A DNA stretch of 63,556 bases. Source: Candidatus Limnocylindria bacterium. GTDB taxonomy: Bacteria; Chloroflexota; Limnocylindria; QHBO01. The notes beneath the pieces were generated by a model. The model saw only the letters and a list, made by a program, of their open reading frames with translations, searched no databases and was not told the DNA's origin. The position numbers and the translations under genes are program-made. Of the stretch, positions 39,712 through 49,058 are shown piece by piece; the first letter of the stretch is position 1, and each line of letters opens with the position of its first letter. The stretch is taken from NCBI GenBank assembly GCA_038248895.1, contig JBBRWZ010000003.1:1-63556 (forward strand), read 5' to 3'.

Positions 39712-39808
39712 GGTGTTGCGCTCCTTGCTGCTGCTGATGCTTGCTACTGCTTCACCGTGTTCTGACGCATCGCCAGCGCGCGCCGTCGACGGTGGGTCAA
39801 TCTCGCCG

Positions 39809-39923
39809 CTGTGCACGTTACCCGCGCCACACGTGCTCCATCGCGGGTCATTTGTCGGCGGGTGCAAGCAAGCCGATGCGGTGAGAGGGCGCCCACATCT
39901 GCCGGCGCCGTTACGTTGCACAG
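39809..39923. ncRNA. Candidate structured RNA (long imperfect stem), unassigned
   Basis: CTGTGCA/TGCACAG, CGTTAC/GTTACG and GCGCC/GGCGC close an inner TCGGC/GCCGA stem. Confidence 0.25.
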
Positions 39924-39989
39924 ATCAGGGATTGGCGCGAGCATCCCAGTAGCCGAGTGGCCCGCATCGGTCGCCGGTGGGGTTCGGGC

Positions 39990-39995
39990 TAGAAT
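39990..39995 (+). promoter_or_regulatory. Putative -10 box TAGAAT (leaderless ALDH operon)
   Basis: 7 nt before ATG 40003; no SD. Confidence 0.6.
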
Positions 39996-40002
39996 CGCGA
40001 GC

Positions 40003-41445
40003 ATGACCACCGACGTGGCAGCGCCCACCGCACCGATCTATCTCGCCGGCGACTTCGTGGAGACCGCGACACGCCTCGAGGTCCGCAACCCGGCCACCGA
40101 CGAGCTGGTGGCGACCACGTTCCAGGCCGGTGCGGCCGAGCTGGAGCGCGCCACCGTGGCGGCGGTCGATGCCTTCGAGGCGACTCGGCGGCTGGCGAGC
40201 TACCAGCGGCGCGACGTCCTCGCCCACGTCGCCGACCGGATCACCGAGGACGCGGAGGAGCTCACCGACCTGCTGAGCCGCGAGTCGGGGAAACCGGTCA
40301 AGGATGCCCGCGGCGAGGTGCTCCGCGGCGCGCTCACGTTCCGGACCGCCGGCGAGGAGGCGCTGCGCATCACCGGTGAGTGGCTGCCGCTCGACTGGAA
40401 TGCGGCCAATCGCGGTCGCAGCGGCATCGTGCGGCGCTACCCGATCGGGCCGGTCGCCGGCATCAGCCCGTTCAACTTCCCGCTCAACCTGGCCGCGCAC
40501 AAGGTGGCGCCGGCCATCGCCGCCGGTTGCAGCATCGTCCTCAAGCCGCCCAGCGTCGACCCGCTGGTGATGCTGCGCGTCGCCCGCTACATCGACGAGA
40601 CGGACCTGCCGAAGGGCGCGGTCAGCATCCTCCCCATGGACCGCCCCACCGGTGATCGGATGGTCGGTGACGACCGCTTCAAGCTGCTCAGCTTCACCGG
40701 CTCGCCATCGGTCGGGTGGAAGATGAAGGCCGAGGCCGGCAAGAAGAAAGTGGTCCTCGAGCTGGGCGGGAACGCCGGCGCCATCGTCGACGAGACCGCC
40801 GACCTCGATTGGGCGGTCGAGCGGCTCGTGTACGGCGCCTTCGCGTACGCTGGTCAGGTCTGCATCAGCGTCCAGCGCATCTTCGTGGTGCGCGACGTCT
40901 TCGACGAGTTCCAGCGCCGCTTCACCCAACTGGTCGCGGCCGTGAAGGTGGGGGATCCGCTGGACCCCGGGACCGACCTGGGACCGATGGTGGACGACAA
41001 GGCGGTCGCACGCACGCACGAGTGGGTGCGCGAGGCACTGGCGGGCGGGGCGCGCGCCCTCGCCGGCGGCGAGCCGAATGGACGCATCTATCCGCCAACG
41101 GTGCTCGTCGACGTCCCGCGCGACGCGCGGATCTGCGGCGAGGAGGCGTTCGCGCCGGTCGTGAACCTCTTCGCCGTGGACGACTACGACGCAGCGCTGC
41201 GCGAGATCAACGACTCGAAGTTCGGGCTCCAGTGCGGCCTCTTCACGACCTCGCTGGAGCGGACCCTGCGGGCGCACGACGAGCTCGAGGTCGGAGGCGT
41301 GATCGTCAACGACATCCCGACCTGGCGCATCGACCCGATGCCGTATGGCGGCGTCAAGGATTCGGGCCTCGGCCGGGAGGGATTGCGGTGGAGCATCGAG
41401 GATATGACGGAGCCGCGGCTGCTGGCATTCGCCAGACCGCTGTGA
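40003..41445 (+). CDS. Aldehyde dehydrogenase family protein
   Basis: PFNFPLN, FTGS, LELGGN, GQVCIS, EEAFAP, YGGVKDSG. Confidence 0.95.
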   Translation: MTTDVAAPTAPIYLAGDFVETATRLEVRNPATDELVATTFQAGAAELERATVAAVDAFEATRRLASYQRRDVLAHVADRITEDAEELTDLLSRESGKPVKDARGEVLRGALTFRTAGEEALRITGEWLPLDWNAANRGRSGIVRRYPIGPVAGISPFNFPLNLAAHKVAPAIAAGCSIVLKPPSVDPLVMLRVARYIDETDLPKGAVSILPMDRPTGDRMVGDDRFKLLSFTGSPSVGWKMKAEAGKKKVVLELGGNAGAIVDETADLDWAVERLVYGAFAYAGQVCISVQRIFVVRDVFDEFQRRFTQLVAAVKVGDPLDPGTDLGPMVDDKAVARTHEWVREALAGGARALAGGEPNGRIYPPTVLVDVPRDARICGEEAFAPVVNLFAVDDYDAALREINDSKFGLQCGLFTTSLERTLRAHDELEVGGVIVNDIPTWRIDPMPYGGVKDSGLGREGLRWSIEDMTEPRLLAFARPL

Positions 41446-41798
41446 CCGCCACCGCGACGCGCTTCGCGCGGGTCCTCCCCGCCGCCGAGCTTCGGGACGG
41501 TGAGCTGATCCCCGTCGAGATCGACGGCACGCCGGTCGTCCTCGTCCGCCACGCCGGCGAGTTCTTCGCGGTGCAGAACAACTGCAGCCATCGCGACTTT
41601 CCGCTCTCGGAGGCGGGGTTCGACCCGCGCGACGAGGTCCTGGTCTGTGCCTGGCACGGTGGCTGTTTCGACATCCGCAGCGGTGCCGCGGTGGTGCCGC
41701 CCGCCACCCAGCCGGTCGAGACGTTCCCGGTGCGCGTCAGTGCCGATGGCTGGGTCGAGATCGGCATGACCGGCTCGCTCGGTGCGGTGAGGCGCTAA
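41442..41798 (+). CDS. Rieske [2Fe-2S] ferredoxin
   Basis: GTGA overlap; CSHRDFPL...CAWHGGCFD. Confidence 0.92.
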   Translation: MTATATRFARVLPAAELRDGELIPVEIDGTPVVLVRHAGEFFAVQNNCSHRDFPLSEAGFDPRDEVLVCAWHGGCFDIRSGAAVVPPATQPVETFPVRVSADGWVEIGMTGSLGAVRR

Positions 41799-42577
41799 TG
41801 GCGATCGAGGCGCTGCCGTTCGTCAACTGGATCTTCTGGACGGCGCTGGGCGCCGGGACGCTGCTGGTGGTGGGGATCGCCGAGGTGACGGGCGGCACGA
41901 CGCGGGGCTACCGGCTCCTCATGGCCTGGCTCGTCCTGGCGTGCGCCGTCGTCCTCGTCGTCAGTGACGTCAACCTGCCGCCGGATGCCGCGGCATCGGC
42001 CACCGTGGACGTGCGCCGGCCGCTGGCGCTGCTGTTCGCCCTCGCCGCTCTCGTGTACGTCATCGCCTCGCATGCCGGCTGGCCACGACGATGGGTCCCC
42101 ATCGCCGGGGCGGTAGCGGGGCTCGCCGCGCTGGTGGCGCTCGCGCTCGGCGGCGGGACGCGCGCGCCCGGGCTGTTCGCAGTTCAGCTCGTGGTCGCCG
42201 CCATCGCCCTCGGCGCCGTCAACGCCGCGATGCTGCTGGGGCACTGGTACCTCGTCACGCCGCGCCTCTCCCCGGCGCCGCTGCGCCGGATGATGTGGAT
42301 TCACGGCGGCGCGCTGGGCGTGCAGGCCGCGGCGTTCGGGCTGGCCCTGCTCGTCGTCGGTTCGGAGCCGGTGCGAAATGACATCGCCTGGCTCACCTGG
42401 CTGCGGCTCGGGGTTGGCACGCTGCTCCCGATCGGCATCACCGTCCTCGCCTGGCTCGCCAGCCGCGCCGCCTCGCTCCAGGCGAGCACCGGCCTGCTCT
42501 ACATCGGTCTGGCGCTCGTCATGGCCGGCTCCATCGCCGGGGCCAGCATCAGCTACCTGACCGGCGTGCCGGTCTAG
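41798..42577 (+). CDS. Uncharacterised polytopic membrane protein (GHWYL motif)
   Basis: About 8 TM; NAAMLLGHWYLVTPRL; ASLQASTGLLY; TAATG coupling. Confidence 0.8.
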   Translation: MAIEALPFVNWIFWTALGAGTLLVVGIAEVTGGTTRGYRLLMAWLVLACAVVLVVSDVNLPPDAAASATVDVRRPLALLFALAALVYVIASHAGWPRRWVPIAGAVAGLAALVALALGGGTRAPGLFAVQLVVAAIALGAVNAAMLLGHWYLVTPRLSPAPLRRMMWIHGGALGVQAAAFGLALLVVGSEPVRNDIAWLTWLRLGVGTLLPIGITVLAWLASRAASLQASTGLLYIGLALVMAGSIAGASISYLTGVPV

Positions 42578-42591
42578 GCTGTCGAGGACTC

Positions 42592-43245
42592 ATGCGCATC
42601 CACGTTCGGACCTTCGCCTCGCTGCGCGAGCTCGCCGTTGCGCGGGCTGATCTCGACCTGCCCGCGGAGACCGATGTCGCGGCCGCCTGGGCGGCGCTCG
42701 AAGCCAGCTATCCCGGCATCGAGCCGCATCGCCCATTCGTGCGCGCTGCCCGCAACGGCGTATACGTGGCATGGACCGATGCGCTCGCGGAGGGTGATGA
42801 GGTGGCCTTTTTGCCACCGGTGAGCGGTGGCGCGACGACGGCGCTGACCGGCGGCCCCATCGACGTGGCCGCACTCGAGCGTGCCGCCGTCGCGAGCGGC
42901 CACGGTGCGCTCGTCACGTTCGTCGGCCGCGCCCGCGATCACGCCGACGATGGCCGCGCCGTGGGCGAGCTCGAGTACGAGGCGTTCCCGGCGATGGCGG
43001 CGACGACCCTGGCGCAGATCGCCGGCGAGGCAGAGGAGCGCTGGGGCGTGGCCGCGGCGGTCGTGCATCGCACCGGCGTGGTGCCGCTCGGCGAGGGAGC
43101 GGTCGCGATCGTCACCGCCGCCGCGCACCGCGACGCCGCCTACGAGGCGAATCGGTACATCATCGAGCAGATCAAGGAGCGCCTGCCGATCTGGAAGCGC
43201 GAGCGCTTCGAGGACGGCACCGAATGGAAGCGGCCCGGCGCATGA
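42592..43245 (+). CDS. Fused molybdopterin synthase MoaD-MoaE
   Basis: Ubiquitin-like N-domain ending FLPPVSGG, then TFVGRAR, LEYEAF, HR...HR, PIWKRE. Confidence 0.92.
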   Translation: MRIHVRTFASLRELAVARADLDLPAETDVAAAWAALEASYPGIEPHRPFVRAARNGVYVAWTDALAEGDEVAFLPPVSGGATTALTGGPIDVAALERAAVASGHGALVTFVGRARDHADDGRAVGELEYEAFPAMAATTLAQIAGEAEERWGVAAAVVHRTGVVPLGEGAVAIVTAAAHRDAAYEANRYIIEQIKERLPIWKRERFEDGTEWKRPGA

Positions 43246-44003
43246 GGCGCGCCGTCCTGGCCGGCATCGTCGCGGTGCCCACCGCCCTGACCGCCGTCAT
43301 CGGCATCGAGATGGCGCTCCTCTCGCGGCGCGAGTACCTGCCCCCGGACCCGGGCTACCGGGTCGACCTCGTGCTGCGGCCGCGGGACGGCACCGCGGAC
43401 GCGACGCCAGTGCGGCTCGCCGTGCTGGGCGACTCCACGGTGGCCGGCGTCGGCGCGCCGACGGCCGGCGAGTCGCTGCCCGCCCTCGTCGCACAGCGCG
43501 TGGCCGACGCGCTCGACCGCCCGGTCCATGTCGTGGGCTACGGCATCTCCGGCGCACGAACCGCGTCCCTCACCGACGTCCAGCTGCCGACGATCGGGGC
43601 GGAGCACGACGTCGTGCTGCTCGTCATCGGGGCCAACGACGCGACGCATGCCACGCCGTGGCCCGCCTTCGACGCGCAGACGCGGACGATGCTCGCGCGC
43701 GCCACGGCCAGCGGCGTCCCGGTCGTGCTCGGCAGCACGCCGCGGTTCATCGGGACCAAGATCATTCCGCAGCCACTCCGATTCATGGTGGATGGCTACT
43801 CGGCAATCCTGCGCGGGATTCAGCGCGCCGCCGTGGAGGACGTCCCCGGCACCCGCCTCGTGGACCTCTCCGTCGTCGCGCGGCGCTTCGATGGCGTCCC
43901 CGAGGCCACGTCGAGCGACGGGTTCCATCCCTCGCCGATCGGCTACGGCTTCTGGGCGGACGCCCTGGCACCCGGCGTCGTGGCCGCTCTGGCCGGTCGC
44001 TGA
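43242..44003 (+). CDS. SGNH/GDSL hydrolase
   Basis: LGDSTV, GISG, IGAND, DGFHP. Confidence 0.9.
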   Translation: MRRAVLAGIVAVPTALTAVIGIEMALLSRREYLPPDPGYRVDLVLRPRDGTADATPVRLAVLGDSTVAGVGAPTAGESLPALVAQRVADALDRPVHVVGYGISGARTASLTDVQLPTIGAEHDVVLLVIGANDATHATPWPAFDAQTRTMLARATASGVPVVLGSTPRFIGTKIIPQPLRFMVDGYSAILRGIQRAAVEDVPGTRLVDLSVVARRFDGVPEATSSDGFHPSPIGYGFWADALAPGVVAALAGR

Positions 44004-44515
44004 GGGAGGCTGCGCAACCAGCGCTCGGCGCCGCGCGGGGAGCGGAGGCGGATGAGCTGCAGGTGCGGATGGGCGGCGATGAGTGCCGGGTAGTCGCGCC
44101 GGTGGCGGGCATACGTGCTGACCGACCACCAGATGATGGAGTCGCGGCCAAGCAGCATCGGCAACGACTCGCGGTTGTCGCCCCACAGCATGGTGCGTCG
44201 TGCAATCCGTGACACCGATCGGATCACGATGCGCCATGTGACCACGGATCGGTGCAGGTCGAGCCAGACAATGGTGTCGGCGCGTGGCCAGACGATATCG
44301 CGCACGGCCGAGTAGTTGCCGTCGACGACCCACGTCTCGCCGGCGGTGGCCTCGTCGACCTTGCAGCGCAGGTCCCCAGGCTCCGCCTCGGTCCAGTTCG
44401 GCCCCCAGTGCAGCTCGTCGAGCTCCACGCAGCGGTAGCCGAGTCGCGCCGCGAGGGCCACGGCGAACGTCGATTTGCCGACGCCGCTGGTGCCGATGAC
44501 ATTGATCCGACGCAT
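43943..44515 (-). CDS. P-loop kinase (adenylate-kinase/FlaR-like)
   Basis: GTSGVGKST, ELDELHW, VDGNY, IVWLDL. Confidence 0.85.
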   Translation of the reverse strand: MRRINVIGTSGVGKSTFAVALAARLGYRCVELDELHWGPNWTEAEPGDLRCKVDEATAGETWVVDGNYSAVRDIVWPRADTIVWLDLHRSVVTWRIVIRSVSRIARRTMLWGDNRESLPMLLGRDSIIWWSVSTYARHRRDYPALIAAHPHLQLIRLRSPRGAERWLRSLPQRPARAATTPGARASAQKP

Positions 44516-44665
44516 CGCCCCGCGAGCCCCCGCGGCAGCGCCGCGGTTCGGGCGGTCGCCGGGGGTCGCGGCGCGGTCGTTGCCAGGCGTCAACACGGTG
44601 TGAGGTCGATTGTACGGACCATCACATCGTGCACGACCTTGCCGCGGCATGCACAATGGCCCACG

Positions 44666-45913
44666 ATGTCGACCCCCAAGCCAGGGCAGATCCGCTGTCC
44701 GACCTGCCACCGATCGACAGCGCCGGCCGCCTTCTGCACGCAGTGCGGATCGCCGATCCCCTCGAGCGCCGTCGCGCGTCCGCGGGGAATGGACCGTGAC
44801 GAGCTCGATGCTCGCATTCGGTCGCGGCGCGTCGACCAGCCCTACCGCCGCGGCGGCTACGCCGAGGAGTGGGACGACGATGCCGCGCCGGGGTATCGGC
44901 CATTCGAGCCGGAGCCGGAGGACGAGCTGGCACGCCATGCCGAGGCGGACGCTGCGTCGGCACCACAGCACGTCGACAACATGGCGGATGAGGTCCCACC
45001 GGCCGTTCAGGCGGAGGGCCACGAGCCGGAGCCGGCAGCCCCGGCAGCGCCGCCGCTCGGCCCGGAGGCGCGTGAGGCACCGGCTCCCTACCGACGTGGT
45101 CGGGAGGTCGAAGATGCGCCGGAGGCATCGGTGGCGCCCGAACCAGCGCCCGCGGCACCACCACCGGCGGCTGTCACCGCGGCACCCGATCCATGGGCCT
45201 CGCGCTCGGTTGAGCCGCCCCCCCCGGCTGTCGAAGACCCCGAGTACGCCACCTACGACGAAGAGGGATGGCCGGCGGACGAGCCGTACTACGTGCCGGC
45301 CGATGACGACGACGGTCGGCGCGGCGGCGCGGCGGCGCCGATCATCGGCTTCGTCGCGCTCGGCGTCGTGGCGCTGCTGCTGGGCGTCTTCTTCTCCAAC
45401 GTCTTCGGCGGCAACGGTGTCGCGCAGGGCAGTGCCTCACCGACCGCATCCGCGACCGACGTCGCCACCGAGACCGCCGTCCCGACCCCCGACGTGACGA
45501 GCTCGGCCGCTCCCTCGTCGAGTGGGAGCGCCAATGCCAGCGAGGGACCGCCGATCGAGTTCCCCGACGGCTTCACGGCCACCACCGAACCGTGCTTGAC
45601 GCAGCCGAACCAGCGGGGCTGTGCTTCTGACGGGACAACGAACAGCGGCCGGATGTGGGTCTACATCGGCTTCCAGAAGGGTCGCAGCAGCGACGTCGTG
45701 GGCATGACGATCGTCGACTCGGCGGACGCGGTCGTGGCACAGGCGAGCATCGAGCTGAGTCAGGTCAACTGCCCGGTGGACGTCCCGTGCAACGGCTGGC
45801 TGCTCTTCCCCGGCTTCGGGACCCCGTACACCGGCCTCGCTGCCGGCGACTACAGGATTCGCATCAATCGCAACGGCCTGCCCGCTGCTGAGGCCGATTT
45901 CACGGTCAGTTGA
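44666..45913 (+). CDS. Hypothetical bitopic protein: N-terminal zinc ribbon, Pro/Glu-rich region, TM, C-terminal beta domain
   Basis: CPTC-x8-CTQC; TM IIGFVALGVVALLLGVFF; CACAAT 8 nt before ATG. Confidence 0.75.
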   Translation: MSTPKPGQIRCPTCHRSTAPAAFCTQCGSPIPSSAVARPRGMDRDELDARIRSRRVDQPYRRGGYAEEWDDDAAPGYRPFEPEPEDELARHAEADAASAPQHVDNMADEVPPAVQAEGHEPEPAAPAAPPLGPEAREAPAPYRRGREVEDAPEASVAPEPAPAAPPPAAVTAAPDPWASRSVEPPPPAVEDPEYATYDEEGWPADEPYYVPADDDDGRRGGAAAPIIGFVALGVVALLLGVFFSNVFGGNGVAQGSASPTASATDVATETAVPTPDVTSSAAPSSSGSANASEGPPIEFPDGFTATTEPCLTQPNQRGCASDGTTNSGRMWVYIGFQKGRSSDVVGMTIVDSADAVVAQASIELSQVNCPVDVPCNGWLLFPGFGTPYTGLAAGDYRIRINRNGLPAAEADFTVS

Positions 45914-45952
45914 TACCGGCTGGCCCGCGTCCTGCAGCCTCGCGCCGTCGAG

Positions 45953-46561
45953 ATGACGCCGACACCCACCCGTTCCACGCCACCGATCGCCCTCGTCGCG
46001 GTCGGCGCGCTCATGCTCCTCGCGCTCGTCGGCGTCGTGCTCGGTCACAGCGGCGGGTCGGACGGCCCCGCTGCGGCCTCCTCCGGCACGGCAACGCCGA
46101 CACCGTTGACCATCGGCGGCACCGCGTGGGCCGCGCCCACGTCGCCGCCGACCGCGGCGCCGACAACCTCGCCATCGGACGCGCCAGCCACGCCGACCGC
46201 CGTCCCAACGCCGTCACCGACCTCCACGCCCACCGCCACGCCGCCACCGCCGTCGACGGTACGCGCCTCCGTGCAGGTCTGCCGTGAGCGTCGCGAGGGC
46301 CGATGCGTAGGCGAGCTGGAACAGGTCCGCGACGGCTTCGTCGTGCTGGTCAATTTCGCCGCCTCGTCGCGGGGCGATACCTTCGGCATCCACCTCGAGG
46401 GACCCGGCGGCAAGCTGATCGACGGTGGCTCGTTCGCCGTGAACGGCGGCGCCGGCTACGCCTGGTCCACGTTCCGCGGTGGCCTCGCCGCGGGCGAGTG
46501 GGTGGCGGTCGCGACCCGCAACGGGACGGAGATCGCACGGACCACCTTCACCGCCGGCTGA
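45953..46561 (+). CDS. Hypothetical anchored protein, C-terminal domain paralogous to the upstream gene
   Basis: N-terminal TM, PT-rich linker, GGLAAGEW...RNG...FT. Confidence 0.72.
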   Translation: MTPTPTRSTPPIALVAVGALMLLALVGVVLGHSGGSDGPAAASSGTATPTPLTIGGTAWAAPTSPPTAAPTTSPSDAPATPTAVPTPSPTSTPTATPPPPSTVRASVQVCRERREGRCVGELEQVRDGFVVLVNFAASSRGDTFGIHLEGPGGKLIDGGSFAVNGGAGYAWSTFRGGLAAGEWVAVATRNGTEIARTTFTAG

Positions 46562-47630
46562 CCGTCCCAAGGCGGGTGGGATTGGGCTCGCCGCCGCCGG
46601 CCCGTCGTCGCGCCGCAAGGGCGCTGATGACCTCGAGGACGCACCGATGCGCGGCCATCGCCGTCACCTCGGCAGTGTCGTACGGCGGCGACACCTCCAC
46701 CACGTCCATGCCGGCCAGCTCGACCGAGCTCGCCACCTGGCGGACGGCGCGCAGCAGCTCGCGTGGCAGCAGTCCGCCGGGCTCCGGGGTCCCCGTGCCG
46801 GGAGCCATGCCGGGGTCGATGACGTCGATGTCGACCGACAGGTAAATCACCTCGGGGCCATCGAGCGCCTCCTCGATCGCCTGGGCCACGACCGCCTCCG
46901 CCCCACGCTCCTCGATCTCCGTCATGAGGTGGCTCCGCATGCCGTGCTCGCGCATCCACGCCAGCGTCTCCGGTCCGGGCCAGTAGCCGCGCAAGCCGAC
47001 CTGGACGAAGTTGCGCCCGTCCACGTGGCCCTCCTCGATGAGGCGGCGCATCGGCGTGCCGTGCGAGCGCAGGTTGCCGTACGTGGAGTTCGCCGCATCC
47101 GCGTGCGCGTCGAAGTGCACGACGCCGAGGCGGCGAGGCGCGACGTGGCGCGCCACCGCGGCCGCCGAGGGGAAGGCAATCGAGTGGTCGCCGCCCAGGA
47201 CGATCGGCACGGCGCCGGAGGCAGCCACGTCCGCCACCTTGCGGTGGATGACCGCGTGCGAGCGCTCGATGTCCATCGGTGTCACCGGGGCATCACCGGC
47301 GTCGACCACGTCCAGCCATTCGAAGGGCTCGATGTCGAGCTGCAGCGAGTTGAGGGAGCCGGAGTGATAGCTCGCCTGCCGGATGGCACGTGGACCGAAT
47401 CGCGCACCGGGACGGTGGCTCACCGCGTCGTCGAATGGTGCCCCCACGATGGCCACGTCGGGGCGGCGGTCGGCGAGCGCGGCGGCATCGGTGCACAGCG
47501 GCAGCTTCTGGAAGGTGGGGATGCCCACGTAGGCGGGCAGGGTGAAGTCATCGTAGGCGGTGTAGGGGTCGGAGCCGGGAGCGGCCTCGTCGTTCATGCC
47601 GTGCGCAGGACGGCCACGATCATCGGACAT
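46548..47630 (-). CDS. speB: Agmatinase (ureohydrolase family)
   Basis: GGDHS, DAHAD, SHGTP, SVDIDVIDP, GTGTPEPGG. Confidence 0.85.
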   Translation of the reverse strand: MSDDRGRPAHGMNDEAAPGSDPYTAYDDFTLPAYVGIPTFQKLPLCTDAAALADRRPDVAIVGAPFDDAVSHRPGARFGPRAIRQASYHSGSLNSLQLDIEPFEWLDVVDAGDAPVTPMDIERSHAVIHRKVADVAASGAVPIVLGGDHSIAFPSAAAVARHVAPRRLGVVHFDAHADAANSTYGNLRSHGTPMRRLIEEGHVDGRNFVQVGLRGYWPGPETLAWMREHGMRSHLMTEIEERGAEAVVAQAIEEALDGPEVIYLSVDIDVIDPGMAPGTGTPEPGGLLPRELLRAVRQVASSVELAGMDVVEVSPPYDTAEVTAMAAHRCVLEVISALAARRRAGGGEPNPTRLGTVSRR

Positions 47631-47743
47631 CGGTGTGGTGTGAACCTCACCAGCGACCACCGACGAGCGCCGTCGCAATGCGGAGCAGGCCCGGGGGGCG
47701 ACCCCGATCCTAGCAAAGGCAGCGCGCTACCATCACCGGCACC

Positions 47744-48142
47744 ATGGACCGCCGCAGCTCGCTGACGTACTCCTTCGACGCGGCGCGGGCGCTCGTCCCG
47801 CAGCTGCGGGCGCTGCTGCTGCAGCTCGCCGTCGAGCAGCGTCGGCTGGCCACGGCGCACGCGGCGCTCCATGCCCAGCTGCGTGGCAACGGTTCGCCCG
47901 ACCATGCCGAGGAGACCGCGCGCCACGAGCGGCAGGTGTCCGAGATCCGGTCGGGGATGACCGCGCTGCTTCGCCACTTCGAGCAGCTCGGTGTCGTCGT
48001 CCGCGACCTCGAGGAGGGGCTCTGCGACATCCCTGCGATGCGCGGCGACGAGCGCGTCTGGCTCTGCTGGCGGCTGGACGATCCCGAGCTCGCGTGGTGG
48101 CACTCCACCCGGGAGGGATATGCCTCACGCCGTCGATGGTGA
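47744..48142 (+). CDS. DUF2203 family protein
   Basis: GVVVRDLEEGLCDIP, VWLCWRLDDP...WWH...G. Confidence 0.85.
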   Translation: MDRRSSLTYSFDAARALVPQLRALLLQLAVEQRRLATAHAALHAQLRGNGSPDHAEETARHERQVSEIRSGMTALLRHFEQLGVVVRDLEEGLCDIPAMRGDERVWLCWRLDDPELAWWHSTREGYASRRRW

Positions 48143-48146
48143 CGCG

Positions 48147-49058
48147 GTGACACCCGCACCGTCCGTCCTCGTCATCGGCGACGCCCTGGTCGACATCACC
48201 GTCGCACCGATCGCCGAGATTCGCCCCGGCTCCGACGTCCCGGCCGCCATCGCGGCCGGTCCGGGCGGGCAGGGAGCAAACATCGCCGTGCGCCTCGCGC
48301 GGCGCGGCAACCCCGTGCGGCTGCTGTGTGCCATCGGCGCCGACCCGCCCGGTGAGCTGGTGGCCGCCTGGGTCGGCGCGGAGGGCGTCATGGTGCAGCC
48401 GTTGCCGGCGGTGGCGACCGGCATGGTGGTCGTCCACCTCTTCCCCGGCGCGGACCGTGCCATGGCCAGCCAGCGCGAGCCCTTCGCACGGGCCGTTGCC
48501 GCGATGCACGCACTGCCGCCGGCCGACGCGATCGTGGTCTCCGGCTACCTGCTCCTGGAAGCGGAGGCCGGTGCGCTGGTCGAGCGGCTCGCCGCTGCCG
48601 AGACCGACCTCACCGTTGTCGGCTGCGCGCTGCACGCGGCCACCGCCGTCACGTGGTGGGAGCGGGTACGGCGCTTACGCCCCTCGGTCGTGATCGTCAA
48701 TGCCGACGAGGCGCGCCTGGCACCCCCCGCCGGCGACGCGGAGCCGATCGCCGCCTTCGCGCAGGCGAGCGGCGCCACGGTCGTGGTGACCGACGCGAAT
48801 GGCGTGACCGCGGTCACCGCAGACGGCCGGTCTAGCGCCGTGCCCGTCCCCGCGGCGACTGGCCCGGTCGTGGACGCCACCGGTGCCGGCGACGCGTTCG
48901 CCGCCGCGTTCATCGCACAGAGGTGCGCCGGCGCGAGCCTCCCTGCGGCGCTCGAGGCCGGCGCGCGCAGCGGGGCCGCCGTGGCGCGGGTTGCGGGAGC
49001 GCAGGGCCGGGTGGCCCTGGAGCGCGCCGGGCACGATGCCGGCGCTACCCTGCGCTGA
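48147..49058 (+). CDS. PfkB family kinase, probable pseudouridine kinase
   Basis: GGQGANIA, NADEA, VDATGAGDAF; coupled to psuG. Start uncertain. Confidence 0.8.
   Translation: MTPAPSVLVIGDALVDITVAPIAEIRPGSDVPAAIAAGPGGQGANIAVRLARRGNPVRLLCAIGADPPGELVAAWVGAEGVMVQPLPAVATGMVVVHLFPGADRAMASQREPFARAVAAMHALPPADAIVVSGYLLLEAEAGALVERLAAAETDLTVVGCALHAATAVTWWERVRRLRPSVVIVNADEARLAPPAGDAEPIAAFAQASGATVVVTDANGVTAVTADGRSSAVPVPAATGPVVDATGAGDAFAAAFIAQRCAGASLPAALEAGARSGAAVARVAGAQGRVALERAGHDAGATLR

Noticed and set aside
39915-39935. TPP-riboswitch-like CCTGATC on the minus strand
   Set aside because: No upstream CTGAGA element and no thiamine-related genes.
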